From: a virus
Taxonomy: Duplodnaviria > Caudoviricetes
IMG/VR virus record: IMGVR_UViG_3300037461_000613
Coordinates: 1-38,173 of that record
Length of the DNA stretch: 38,173 nt
Reading direction: 5' to 3' (one strand)
Shown here: piece by piece, positions 1 to 7,606 of the stretch
Layout: every line of letters begins with the position of its first letter
Numbering within the stretch: the first letter of the stretch is position 1
Notes under the pieces: model-generated
Database searches by the model: none
Told to the model about the DNA's origin: nothing
What the model saw: the letters and a program-made list of their open reading frames with translations, nothing else
Made by a program: the position numbers and the translations under genes

Positions 1-26
1 GTCGTCGAAACCGCACTTCAAAGGTC
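1..26. repeat. Terminal direct repeat copy 1 (assembly overlap, circular genome)
   Basis: gtcgtcgaaaccgcacttcaaaggtc at 1-26 is identical to 38148-38173. Confidence 0.95.
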
Positions 27-39
27 CCTGGAAGGACCC
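1..39 (-). other. Putative cos site (cosQ-like GGGTCCT plus cosN-like TTTCGACGACCT spanning the junction)
   Basis: Minus strand across the junction reads GGGTCCT(39-33)-22 nt-TTTCGACGACCTCG, resembling lambda cosQ GGGTCCT and cohesive end GGGCGGCGACCTCG; lies just upstream of terS. Confidence 0.65.
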
Positions 40-161
40 GCCGAGACCGGTCGAGACCAATCAGACCTCGGAACTTTATCAGCGAGCGCAGCCGTCAGCA
101 TGGCGAAGCGCTTGCCGATCTCTTTGATGTGTCCAGGTGACCGCGGCGCATCGATCGCCAT
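18..161 (-). CDS. Small hypothetical protein (47 aa)
   Basis: ATG at 161 just after the rep stop, weak GGGTGG RBS; MAIDAPRSPGHIKEIGK...; the longer 18..263 ORF overlaps rep. Confidence 0.3.
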   Translation of the reverse strand: MAIDAPRSPGHIKEIGKRFAMLTAALADKVPRSDWSRPVSAGPSRDL

Positions 162-171
162 TGCCACCCAG

Positions 172-1167
172 TCACAGAGCTCCGATAAGGTCGGCGAGTT
201 CGGTGAGCATCTTTTTGTATTCCTTGCTTTTGGTCTGCTCGTCGCGCTCGTGGTAGTTTCCATTTTTGGTCCTCATGATCTTGTCAGCGTAGGCCCACGG
301 CTCGCCCTTGATCTGCTCCCAGTACTGGGATAGACCATCGAGTGAGTCGATCACCGCCTGGGGGTGACCAGCCTTGTTGATCCAGTGTTGGACCCACTGG
401 TAGGGATTGAAGGACCTTGACCCATTGGCCATGCCTTTCAGCGTTTCACACTTGGCCCGTATCGTCTCGGCGTACTCACCGGCCCGTTTCACAAAATGCC
501 CTTTTTGTTTCAGCCCGGCGCCGCCCTTGGCGCCGGATAGTACTTTAGTACTATCCTTTAGAGGCGGTAACGGGGACGGAAACGGAGACGGAGCAGAAAC
601 GTCAGCAGGTGCTGGTTTTTGATGCTGTTCTGCTGGCAGCATGCTGGCAGCACTGCTATTTTCTGCTGTAGCATGCTGGCTGCATGCTACAGCATGCTGT
701 AGCATGCTGGCAGCATGCTGCGGCATGCTATTAGCATGCCGCAGCAGGAAACCATATTCAGCAGGATCAAAGCCGTATTTGTCTTTTGCCATTCTCCAGG
801 CGGCATCTTCGCCGTGGTGCTTTATCAGGGCCTTCATCCTGGCCCTGTTGCTGCGGTCCTTCGACCCTGACGCCCAGCCCTGGTGCTGGGTCCAGTCGTG
901 GACGATCACCACGCCATCGGCCCGGCGCTCGATCCAGCCTGATTTTTCAAGGGCAGAAAGCAACTCTCCCGGCTCTCCCGTCCACCTGACCTCGTCGGCT
1001 ATGTCCTGGTCAGTCCACCCATTCAGTACGCCACCCGGCCGGCTGACCGCTGTCGCTATCCACAGATCGAGCAGATAGCCGACAGCGCCGGAGCCGAGCA
1101 TGCTTTCGAGCTTCCGGCGCTTTCGGTGGCCCCTCAATAGTACGGATACGCGGATGTCTGAGATCAC
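172..1167 (-). CDS. Phage replication initiator (O-like): N-terminal winged helix, repeat-rich linker, C-terminal domain
   Basis: GYLLDLW...GWIER...VHDWTQHQ N-terminal pattern; linker encoded by iterons; SPFPSP motif; GTG start overlaps the upstream TGA. Confidence 0.8.
   Translation of the reverse strand: MISDIRVSVLLRGHRKRRKLESMLGSGAVGYLLDLWIATAVSRPGGVLNGWTDQDIADEVRWTGEPGELLSALEKSGWIERRADGVVIVHDWTQHQGWASGSKDRSNRARMKALIKHHGEDAAWRMAKDKYGFDPAEYGFLLRHANSMPQHAASMLQHAVACSQHATAENSSAASMLPAEQHQKPAPADVSAPSPFPSPLPPLKDSTKVLSGAKGGAGLKQKGHFVKRAGEYAETIRAKCETLKGMANGSRSFNPYQWVQHWINKAGHPQAVIDSLDGLSQYWEQIKGEPWAYADKIMRTKNGNYHERDEQTKSKEYKKMLTELADLIGAL
639..739. repeat. Replication origin iterons (8 x GCATGC) inside the initiator gene
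   Basis: GCATGC starts at 639, 671, 682, 692, 702, 713, 723, 734; AT-rich patch near 540-560. Confidence 0.8.
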
Positions 1168-1358
1168 ACGATCCCCTTTTCTTTGGCCAGCCACTCAGGG
1201 ATCTCGAAAATAAAATCGTTCCTGTGGCTCGCCTTCACACGCCGCTCCGACTTGACCACGCTCTTCGGGATCCAGGTCTCGTGCTGGCCGTCGAAAACCA
1301 GGTAGGCCTTTTCAGTCTCGCGCCGGACTTCGCCGCAGAATTCAACAAGGCTGGCCAT
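1164..1358 (-). CDS. Small conserved-type phage protein (ETEKAYL...WIPKS...IPEWL)
   Basis: 64 aa, tight coupling with both neighbours, motif common in small phage beta proteins. Confidence 0.75.
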   Translation of the reverse strand: MASLVEFCGEVRRETEKAYLVFDGQHETWIPKSVVKSERRVKASHRNDFIFEIPEWLAKEKGIV

Positions 1359-1359
1359 A

Positions 1360-1899
1360 CTAAAACCTCATCGGCATTAAGGCGCCCTTCTGGTCAACGT
1401 CTTCGTCCGCTCTTTCGCCGAGAAAAAAGATCATGTCTTCGGGGCCTGCATAATAAACATGGCCAGAAAACCCTATGCTCAGGCTTGCAAAATAGGCACT
1501 ATTAAACACGCCCCTCGTGCCTATGATCACTTCGGCGAGAGTCTTCATCCACCCAACGTCGCCATAACCGGATACGACCACGTTGGTATGTCCCGGCGTG
1601 AGCTGGTACAGCTTCTCAAAATCAGGGCAGGGCTGACGCATGTCCTCAGGTTTTCGGGAGTGTTTCAGGATAATCGTGCTCGCCTTTTTAATTGGGAGAT
1701 AACATCCGTCCTCTATGCCTTCCACGCGCACGCTTTTCAGCATCGCCCCGTTTGTCCGGTGTATCCAGCCACCAGCTGCGACGGCAAACTGAATATGGTC
1801 GCGCTTGTCGGCCGGATCAGTTTTCACATCTATCACCCAATTCAGCAGCGGCCACAACTCGTCAGCCTTCTCGGCCTCATACGTTATTGATTTCAGCAT
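1360..1899 (-). CDS. Degenerate DNA polymerase III beta-clamp-like protein
   Basis: RTNG (cf. ATDG), PDFEKL (cf. YPDY), FNSAYF (cf. FNxxY), terminal LMPMRF; GGAGG RBS. Confidence 0.55.
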   Translation of the reverse strand: MLKSITYEAEKADELWPLLNWVIDVKTDPADKRDHIQFAVAAGGWIHRTNGAMLKSVRVEGIEDGCYLPIKKASTIILKHSRKPEDMRQPCPDFEKLYQLTPGHTNVVVSGYGDVGWMKTLAEVIIGTRGVFNSAYFASLSIGFSGHVYYAGPEDMIFFLGERADEDVDQKGALMPMRF

Positions 1900-1923
1900 C
1901 TCATCCTCCCACGGTTTACTTGG

Positions 1924-2085
1924 TTATTTAATCCGATCCCACAGCCACAACTCTATGAAAACCTTGCCCGGGAAAAACTCGCACTGATCACGCCGCAGCC
2001 GCACGATCCTACCGTCGTCGGCGAGCGTCAATTCCAAAACTTCAGGACGTTCCGTCGGCCTCACGTCGCTGATCGCGACCGCCAC
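1924..2085 (-). CDS. Small hypothetical protein
   Basis: C-terminal part of ORF 1924..2175; ends VFIELWLWDRIK; start uncertain (GTG 2085 or 2064). Confidence 0.5.
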   Translation of the reverse strand: MAVAISDVRPTERPEVLELTLADDGRIVRLRRDQCEFFPGKVFIELWLWDRIK

Positions 2086-2629
2086 TTTCTGCCTTGAGGC
2101 CCTGGTGGATAAAGAACAGGGCCTGGAGCTCGGGTGTCCTGAAGTTTTCTTGCGCTGAGCGTTTGAGGCGCTCATAGATTTCCTCGAAACCGTTGATGTT
2201 GATCATGACAAGTTCTCTGGTCGGTGTAAGCTCCGCTGGAGTTGCTGGAAGCGTATCATGACCTGTACCGTGTGCGACTGTCTTCCGCGCCTGCACGGAT
2301 TTCATCTCCGCGTGGCGCTGGCGGATCAAATCGCGGCGGTTTTTGCCAGTGATCCCCAAAGCGCAGCGCCGCGTGTACACCGATGCGGGCGAGCGTCCGA
2401 GTTGTTTGGCAATTTCAGCCGCCGGCATGTCTGGATGATCTCTCAGAAACTGGTCGTCAGCCTTGGTCTTTTCGGAGCTTTGTCTCGCCATATCCGTCAT
2501 CTCCACCGGCACGCTGCAGGACCTGCCCTCCAGCGCCGCCACGTATTCGACCCGCCGCTTGCATTTCAGGCACGAGTCGTTGTTTTTGTCGCTCATGCCT
2601 AACCCACAGCTGCGGCAGGGATTGATCAT
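2042..2629 (-). CDS. Putative DNA-binding regulator: Cys4 domain, HTH and Arc/RHH-like C-terminus
   Basis: PCRSC...CLKC; DQFLRDHPDMPAAEIAKQLGRSPASVYTR; IYERLKRSAQENFRTPELQAL. Confidence 0.65.
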   Translation of the reverse strand: MINPCRSCGLGMSDKNNDSCLKCKRRVEYVAALEGRSCSVPVEMTDMARQSSEKTKADDQFLRDHPDMPAAEIAKQLGRSPASVYTRRCALGITGKNRRDLIRQRHAEMKSVQARKTVAHGTGHDTLPATPAELTPTRELVMININGFEEIYERLKRSAQENFRTPELQALFFIHQGLKAESGGRDQRREADGTS

Positions 2630-2758
2630 GATTTGAAATCGCCCGTGTTCCTAAGCCGGAGGCGTCGTTCCTTGTTTTGCCGGCCAGTACTTATCCCGTC
2701 ACGGGCCGCCGGGCAGAGGCCCACCAGTATTCGCGCCCTGGCGGAGGCGCAACCGGTC

Positions 2759-2992
2759 TCAAATCAGCGGATCGATAGTCGTGCGGCCGGCACGACCATT
2801 GCGCGACGCTGCGCACATCCTGCTGGTGGCGTAATAGCCCCATTTGGCAGAGGCGACGCAAATCAAGAAATGCATCGCCTCAAATTTCGCGTGGTCGCTT
2901 GGATCGCGCTTGAAATCAGCCCAGGCCGTGCAAACCATATCGAGCGTTTTTCGTGGCAGCTCGCACTCGACAAAATCGTTGTCACCGCACAT
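2759..2992 (-). CDS. Hypothetical protein
   Basis: 77 aa ORF in the early operon, overlapping its upstream neighbour. Confidence 0.45.
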   Translation of the reverse strand: MCGDNDFVECELPRKTLDMVCTAWADFKRDPSDHAKFEAMHFLICVASAKWGYYATSRMCAASRNGRAGRTTIDPLI

Positions 2993-3131
2993 AGACCACC
3001 AGCCCCTTGGGTTTGTTGATCATGGAAACCAGGTCTTGCCATGCCAGACCGCGCCGCACGCCCAGGATCAGGATGATGGCGATCAGGAAATAGGCGCAGC
3101 GCTTGATCAGTTTGGACTTCGATCGATCCAT
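2982..3131 (-). CDS. Small membrane protein
   Basis: MDRSKSKLIKRCAYFLIAIILILGV..., one TM segment. Confidence 0.45.
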   Translation of the reverse strand: MDRSKSKLIKRCAYFLIAIILILGVRRGLAWQDLVSMINKPKGLVVYVR

Positions 3132-3145
3132 GCTATCCGCAATTG

Positions 3146-3376
3146 TTAGCGAGCCTCCGCTCGATAGTTCCAAAGTCCCCTTATATGATTGCCAGTGAAC
3201 CACAGAGACACTACGAACACGCCCCATTGCCCCGCCGTGAATGATGTGTAAATCCAGAAAGGTTGACCACAAAGACCAAGGATAAAGCCCATGCGCTTGT
3301 GCTTTGTTCCTGCGAATGCCCATATCGAGGCGCAGGAGAATATTAGGATCGCGGTCTGGATGATGTTTTCGAGCAC
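3146..3376 (-). CDS. Small multi-TM membrane protein (PnuC-like short phage family)
   Basis: GFILGLCGQPFWIY...GQWGVFVVSLWFT...HIRG; about 3 TM segments. Confidence 0.65.
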   Translation of the reverse strand: MLENIIQTAILIFSCASIWAFAGTKHKRMGFILGLCGQPFWIYTSFTAGQWGVFVVSLWFTGNHIRGLWNYRAEAR

Positions 3377-3385
3377 TATCGCTGC

Positions 3386-3547
3386 CTACCCCCACAATTT
3401 CGCCACAGCGTATCCGACCAGGCCGCCGGCCGCGAAGCCGAAAAACGTGAAAACCGCGTAAGCCATGACGATGCACGAACCGTTGACATCGATCCATCGG
3501 CGTCCGTCGGAACGCCTTCTCTCGGTGAATTCGCATTCGGTGATCAT
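3386..3547 (-). CDS. Small membrane protein
   Basis: GGAGG RBS, MITECEFTERRR..., C-terminal TM. Confidence 0.65.
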   Translation of the reverse strand: MITECEFTERRRSDGRRWIDVNGSCIVMAYAVFTFFGFAAGGLVGYAVAKLWG

Positions 3548-3558
3548 GGTGTCCTCCA

Positions 3559-3729
3559 TCACAAACAAAGCGCCAGCGACGCCAGCGCGGTCAAGCAGGT
3601 GCCGATCGCCACGGACGCGAGCAGCGACTGGGCGATCTCGCGCGGGCTGAATCTGTCCTCGGGCTCCTCGTCGCGGATCCAGCGGCCTCGGTGCTCGTCG
3701 TAAACGTAGGGGAAGGGTTCGGGGGTCAT
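3559..3729 (-). CDS. Small membrane protein
   Basis: AGGAGG RBS, ATGA overlap, MTPEPFPY..., C-terminal TM. Confidence 0.65.
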   Translation of the reverse strand: MTPEPFPYVYDEHRGRWIRDEEPEDRFSPREIAQSLLASVAIGTCLTALASLALCL

Positions 3730-4442
3730 GCGGTCCTCCTGAATTGGATAACCCACACCCACGGATTGCTCTCCCATGGGTGCTTTTTGCCGTTGATTGA
3801 TTCCCAGATTTTCGCGAACTGATCGCGCTCTGAAAAGACGGCCTGTCGGCAAGTTTTGGGAAGTTGATCGATTGGTATTTGGCTGCCCTCGGCGATTGCG
3901 TCTTCTTCGCTAATTTCCTGCAACCGCTCCACGCGAACGCCGGTGATCTCAAGCGTGATCCGGCTCGCCCAGCGGGGCATGTGGATGGAGGGACGCCAGC
4001 GTCCGCCATACGTTGAAAGGCTAAATGTTCTGGCTGGTTCTTTGAAGCATTTGCGATAGGCATCAGATTCGATTATGTAACCGTGATGAATCCAAAACCT
4101 GCCGCCGCCACCATCGCCAATCCACGCTCCGCATTCAGCATCAGCGGCGTATCCGACGATGTTCTTTTGTTCCGAGCACCATTTTTCCCTCACCCACAGC
4201 CGGTCTCCTGGCTGTCCGTAGGGGCAGCGCACAAAATCATCCGCGCAGCAACCACACCACAATTTTCCGCTGTGCCCGGCGGTTTGGTATCCTTCCGGCG
4301 TGGTGGCGCACATTTCTTCGGGCTGCCAATCGAAGCCGCAGTCGCACGGAATTCTTTTCACAATACGCCGCGTCTGCGTCTTACGGCCCTCAAGGATGGC
4401 GCGGACCATCGGGCCGCTAAAAATAATCGGACGATCTCTCAA
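3726..4442 (-). CDS. ASCH/PUA-like phage protein
   Basis: RPIIFSGPMVRAILEGRKTQTRR, GDRLWVRE, WRPSIHMPRWASRITLEITGVRVERLQ, NPWVWVI; TTG start with GGAGG RBS. Confidence 0.85.
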   Translation of the reverse strand: MRDRPIIFSGPMVRAILEGRKTQTRRIVKRIPCDCGFDWQPEEMCATTPEGYQTAGHSGKLWCGCCADDFVRCPYGQPGDRLWVREKWCSEQKNIVGYAADAECGAWIGDGGGGRFWIHHGYIIESDAYRKCFKEPARTFSLSTYGGRWRPSIHMPRWASRITLEITGVRVERLQEISEEDAIAEGSQIPIDQLPKTCRQAVFSERDQFAKIWESINGKKHPWESNPWVWVIQFRRTA

Positions 4443-4615
4443 GCCGCCCTCCCGCACGCGCCATCCGCCGGCAGTTCGGCGAACTGGCTCTTGATGTTCA
4501 GCATGGTCTCGTCGAAGCAGCGCTCGCAATAGCCGTGACTGTCGCGGACATCCGAGCGGCCGTCGGGCTTGGTTCCGTAGATGCGGCCACAAACGCAGCA
4601 GACGCTCCTGATCAC
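4439..4615 (-). CDS. Small zinc-binding protein
   Basis: CCVC...SHGYCERC; GTGA overlap with the upstream gene. Confidence 0.7.
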   Translation of the reverse strand: MIRSVCCVCGRIYGTKPDGRSDVRDSHGYCERCFDETMLNIKSQFAELPADGACGRAA

Positions 4616-4812
4616 AGCGCACCCCCGACGATGGCCGCCGCTGCCGAATATATTTCCGCTCTGCCGAAGATCTCCCGCAGGTTCTCGATCGCGGCGACCA
4701 GGTCCTGGGGCGGATGGTATTCGCGATGCCAGTGGCGGCACTGTGGATCTCCGCCGGTCCAGGCCGCCGTTGCGATCTCGACGGCGCCGCAGTCTTTGCA
4801 GGTCGCGCTCAT
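4612..4812 (-). CDS. Small hypothetical protein (CxxC)
   Basis: 66 aa, coupled start/stop, GC-rich third positions. Confidence 0.6.
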   Translation of the reverse strand: MSATCKDCGAVEIATAAWTGGDPQCRHWHREYHPPQDLVAAIENLREIFGRAEIYSAAAAIVGGAL

Positions 4813-4821
4813 GCAGGCCCC

Positions 4822-5616
4822 CTATGCTATCGAGAAACCGCAGCGGTCTTCGACGACTTCCGACCTGCGCTTTATGTATATACGTTGGCATTCAGATGAA
4901 GCCATCCCGTCAGCGTATTTAAGAATGTCCTGGTACATGAAATTTTGAAAAGACTCGCCATTGATCAGATCAAGGCGCAACTGCATTCTTTTAGATCCGT
5001 CCCCCACTTTTTTCCTTTTCCATCCAAGGAGCGCCTTGTACTCGACGTTCTGTGTTATCGCCCCTCGAATTTGGATCTCATATTCCGGCAGCATTTTTTT
5101 GCATTGGTCAATGAAGAGGTCCAAGCTGTCGTTGTCTGCAAACTCTATCTTTCTGCGCTCTATGAGCGAACGCTGCCCGAACCGTTCAATCAATTTTATC
5201 CCGCACTTTTGCTGGCCTGGATTTTTTTTGATGCTTCCGGGCAGCGCCATAGATCCGCAGCCAGTCGGGAAGATGTGCTCGATCTTCTTTTCGGTGTTGG
5301 TGGCGGCATAGGTTCGTTCAATGGTAATAGAAATGATTCTGTGCCCAAGATCCGACAAGATCTTCTGCGACCACCCGGAAAGGAGCAGCATTTCGGATGG
5401 TGCCGATACCGTTAAATGATTCTTTCCCCCGAATGCGAAGCAAAATTCCTGTGCGTCGCTATGGGTGTTAAAATGCACAATCTCAGTATTGTTGCCCTCC
5501 ATGAAAGCCACCGACCAGCGGCCGTTTTCTTCTTTTTTCATCGCCTTGATCGTGACTTTTCCCTTCCCACGAAACTCATCGATTAGCTTTTTTAGATCGT
5601 ACTTTTTTTCTTTCAT
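4822..5616 (-). CDS. Hypothetical protein, AT-rich
   Basis: 264 aa ORF, GGGAGG RBS, no recognised motif. Confidence 0.7.
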   Translation of the reverse strand: MKEKKYDLKKLIDEFRGKGKVTIKAMKKEENGRWSVAFMEGNNTEIVHFNTHSDAQEFCFAFGGKNHLTVSAPSEMLLLSGWSQKILSDLGHRIISITIERTYAATNTEKKIEHIFPTGCGSMALPGSIKKNPGQQKCGIKLIERFGQRSLIERRKIEFADNDSLDLFIDQCKKMLPEYEIQIRGAITQNVEYKALLGWKRKKVGDGSKRMQLRLDLINGESFQNFMYQDILKYADGMASSECQRIYIKRRSEVVEDRCGFSIA

Positions 5617-6136
5617 GGAGCGCCTCCCTTGTTTCAGAGCTAAAGTGTTCGATTAGACTGAAAGCGGTGCATACATCTGCCAACAATGAATCTGGAACAC
5701 TGTCTGATACCGGAAACTTGATTCGCTTTTTTAAAAACGATCCGAAGCGTTCAATCTCCCGGCACACCTCTCCCCACGCAGCCGTTTCATTTTCTGCCTT
5801 TTGGCCCGCCACAGGCCTTCCCGCCCCTTCACGCGCGCCGCCCCTTGCTGTCGGAGGATGCGTGACGCTGGTTATTGGTGGTTTACTCGGTGTGTTTATC
5901 GGTTCGTAAGTGGGCGATTTGGTTGCGGTGTTTGATTTTTTTGAACATCTGTTCAAATTATTTTCTTCTATTCTCTTGGCCCTCATTCTTAATGTGTGCG
6001 GACTAATCGTCACCTCAAACAGCTTCTCCACCCAGGCCGCGAGTTCCTTGCCGATGGTCCATGGCTTCTTCCCATCCTCAAGGGCGGATTTGATTTCCTG
6101 CTCGATGTAGAGCTCGCAGGCCTCGCGGTTAGCCAT
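5576..6136 (-). CDS. Hypothetical, probably DNA-binding protein
   Basis: 186 aa; helical N-terminus; RGGAREGAGRP basic motif. Confidence 0.7.
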   Translation of the reverse strand: MANREACELYIEQEIKSALEDGKKPWTIGKELAAWVEKLFEVTISPHTLRMRAKRIEENNLNRCSKKSNTATKSPTYEPINTPSKPPITSVTHPPTARGGAREGAGRPVAGQKAENETAAWGEVCREIERFGSFLKKRIKFPVSDSVPDSLLADVCTAFSLIEHFSSETREALHERKKVRSKKANR

Positions 6137-6383
6137 TCCTTGTCCTCCTCCATTCCCTTTTTCGTGGCCGCATGCCGTACATGGCGCGGTACTCGTCAGT
6201 TGTGCGTGGCTTGTAGCGCTCCGGGTCCACCGGCGGCAGGGCCGCGTCGATCTTTGCGAGCGCAGCGTCCAGGTCCATCACCACCCGATCGCGGATCGCC
6301 TTGATCTCCATGCGCAGCATCAGGAGCTCTGGCTCGGCCGCGCTTTTAACTACATTTATTGATGTGTTGACGTTGTTCGACAT
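6129..6383 (-). CDS. Hypothetical early protein
   Basis: 84 aa, overlaps the next start. Confidence 0.6.
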   Translation of the reverse strand: MSNNVNTSINVVKSAAEPELLMLRMEIKAIRDRVVMDLDAALAKIDAALPPVDPERYKPRTTDEYRAMYGMRPRKREWRRTRNG

Positions 6384-6386
6384 CGT

Positions 6387-6713
6387 TTACCTTGCGTGCC
6401 CGTTCCTGGTGTCGTAATCCTCGACCAGGTAGCGTACTGGATCGAACGATGACTCATGGAGGTAGCGAGCGATGGCGATCAGGATCTGCTCATTCATCTG
6501 TTTCTTCTGCGCCGAGGAGAGCCCGCCGATCCGCTTGAGGGTCACGTCTGGGATGCGCAGGGCGTACACCTCGGTCAGTTTGTCCATGTTGAGCTCAGGC
6601 ATGCCGCCCTCCCCCGGTTTGAAACAGTCGATAAGCTCGGCCACAGGATCGGCATCCGATTTCGCGGGCGCTGGCGTCTGGTGCTTGAGGAGTCGGAGGA
6701 AATTGAATCGCAT
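6387..6713 (-). CDS. Hypothetical regulator in the CII position (RHH-like central region)
   Basis: Directly downstream of cro; LTEVYALRIPDVTLKRI. Confidence 0.55.
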   Translation of the reverse strand: MRFNFLRLLKHQTPAPAKSDADPVAELIDCFKPGEGGMPELNMDKLTEVYALRIPDVTLKRIGGLSSAQKKQMNEQILIAIARYLHESSFDPVRYLVEDYDTRNGHAR

Positions 6714-6765
6714 GGCCGGTTAATTTGTTGACTTATGAAACCAAGTCGGTTTAAAATTGATAGGA

Positions 6766-6984
6766 TCAGTTGCAAGCCGCGCGGCGGCACTCTGACAGCT
6801 CGGGAAAAACGAACTCGATCGGCAGACCGAGGGCGTCGGCGATTCCCTGCGACACCGGCCGCGACACGGCCTTGCGGAAGATCACCCGCTGCACGAGCGA
6901 AGGGCTCACGCCGATGTCGCGGGCCACCTTGGTCTGGGTCAGGTCTTTTCGGATGAACTCGATTCTGATTTCTTTTGGCTCCAT
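6766..6984 (-). CDS. cro: Cro/Ner-like HTH regulator
   Basis: LTQTKVARDIGVSPSLVQRVI HTH; divergent from the repressor. Confidence 0.85.
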   Translation of the reverse strand: MEPKEIRIEFIRKDLTQTKVARDIGVSPSLVQRVIFRKAVSRPVSQGIADALGLPIEFVFPELSECRRAACN

Positions 6985-7024
6985 GTTGGCCTCGCGTTTA
7001 ATTTTGCTTTTGGCTTTTAACTCA

Positions 7025-7054
7025 ATTCTATTATTACATTGTGATAAATGTCAA
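7025..7054 (-). promoter_or_regulatory. Sigma70-type lytic promoter for the cro operon
   Basis: TTGACA (7054-7049), 18 nt spacer, TAGAAT (7030-7025). Confidence 0.7.
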
Positions 7055-7077
7055 GTAAAAAATATCACTTTGTGAAT
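7032..7077. promoter_or_regulatory. Two repressor operators, consensus TATCAC-N3-GTGATA
   Basis: TATTACattGTGATA 7032-7046 and TATCACtttGTGAAT 7063-7077. Confidence 0.65.
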
Positions 7078-7088
7078 TTTGTTGAATC

Positions 7089-7583
7089 GTGATGAAAATA
7101 GGGCAAAGAATAAAGCACCTTAGGACAATGCTAAAACTCGATCAACGGGAGTTCGGAAAGCCAATTCCCTTGAGTCAGGCGTTCATTTCTGAAATCGAAC
7201 GCGGTGGCAGATCACTTAGTGATACCGCAATGGAAGTGTTGTGCAGCCGTTACAAGGCAAACATCGAGTGGCTACGTACTGGCGAAGGCGAAATGTTCTC
7301 GAAGGGAGTTGCTCAGGTGGATGACGAAAAACCAGAAGAAGCCGCGGCCGTCCAGCTTCTGCGAAACATTTTCCGGTCCGGAAACGAGGTCTACGTCAAG
7401 GCGATCGTGACCAACTTGTCCGCTTTCAACGAGGCCATCATGACATCCGTGCGGCCCGCAAATTATCAGCCCCCGGAGGGAATGGTCCTGATCAAGAACA
7501 GGCGATTGAAGGACGACCCGAACTACCCTCCTGAAAAAGAGAAGCGAGCAGGTGGACAGGGCCGTGGTGGCTCCGTGGGGTAG
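7089..7583 (+). CDS. cI: CI-like XRE-family repressor without S24 peptidase domain
   Basis: IGQRIKHLR...QAFISEIERG...NIEWLRTGEGEMF; divergent from cro. Confidence 0.85.
   Translation: MMKIGQRIKHLRTMLKLDQREFGKPIPLSQAFISEIERGGRSLSDTAMEVLCSRYKANIEWLRTGEGEMFSKGVAQVDDEKPEEAAAVQLLRNIFRSGNEVYVKAIVTNLSAFNEAIMTSVRPANYQPPEGMVLIKNRRLKDDPNYPPEKEKRAGGQGRGGSVG
7210..7224. promoter_or_regulatory. Third operator-like site inside the repressor gene
   Basis: GATCACttaGTGATA, perfect ATCAC-N3-GTGAT core. Confidence 0.45.
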
Positions 7584-7606
7584 CGCCGCCGGGGGCGCGG
7601 CTCGTC

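Noticed and set aside
1-26. Biological terminal repeat or attL/attR pair
   Set aside because: An exact short end overlap is typical of circular assembly, and it is far from the integrase and the attP-like region.
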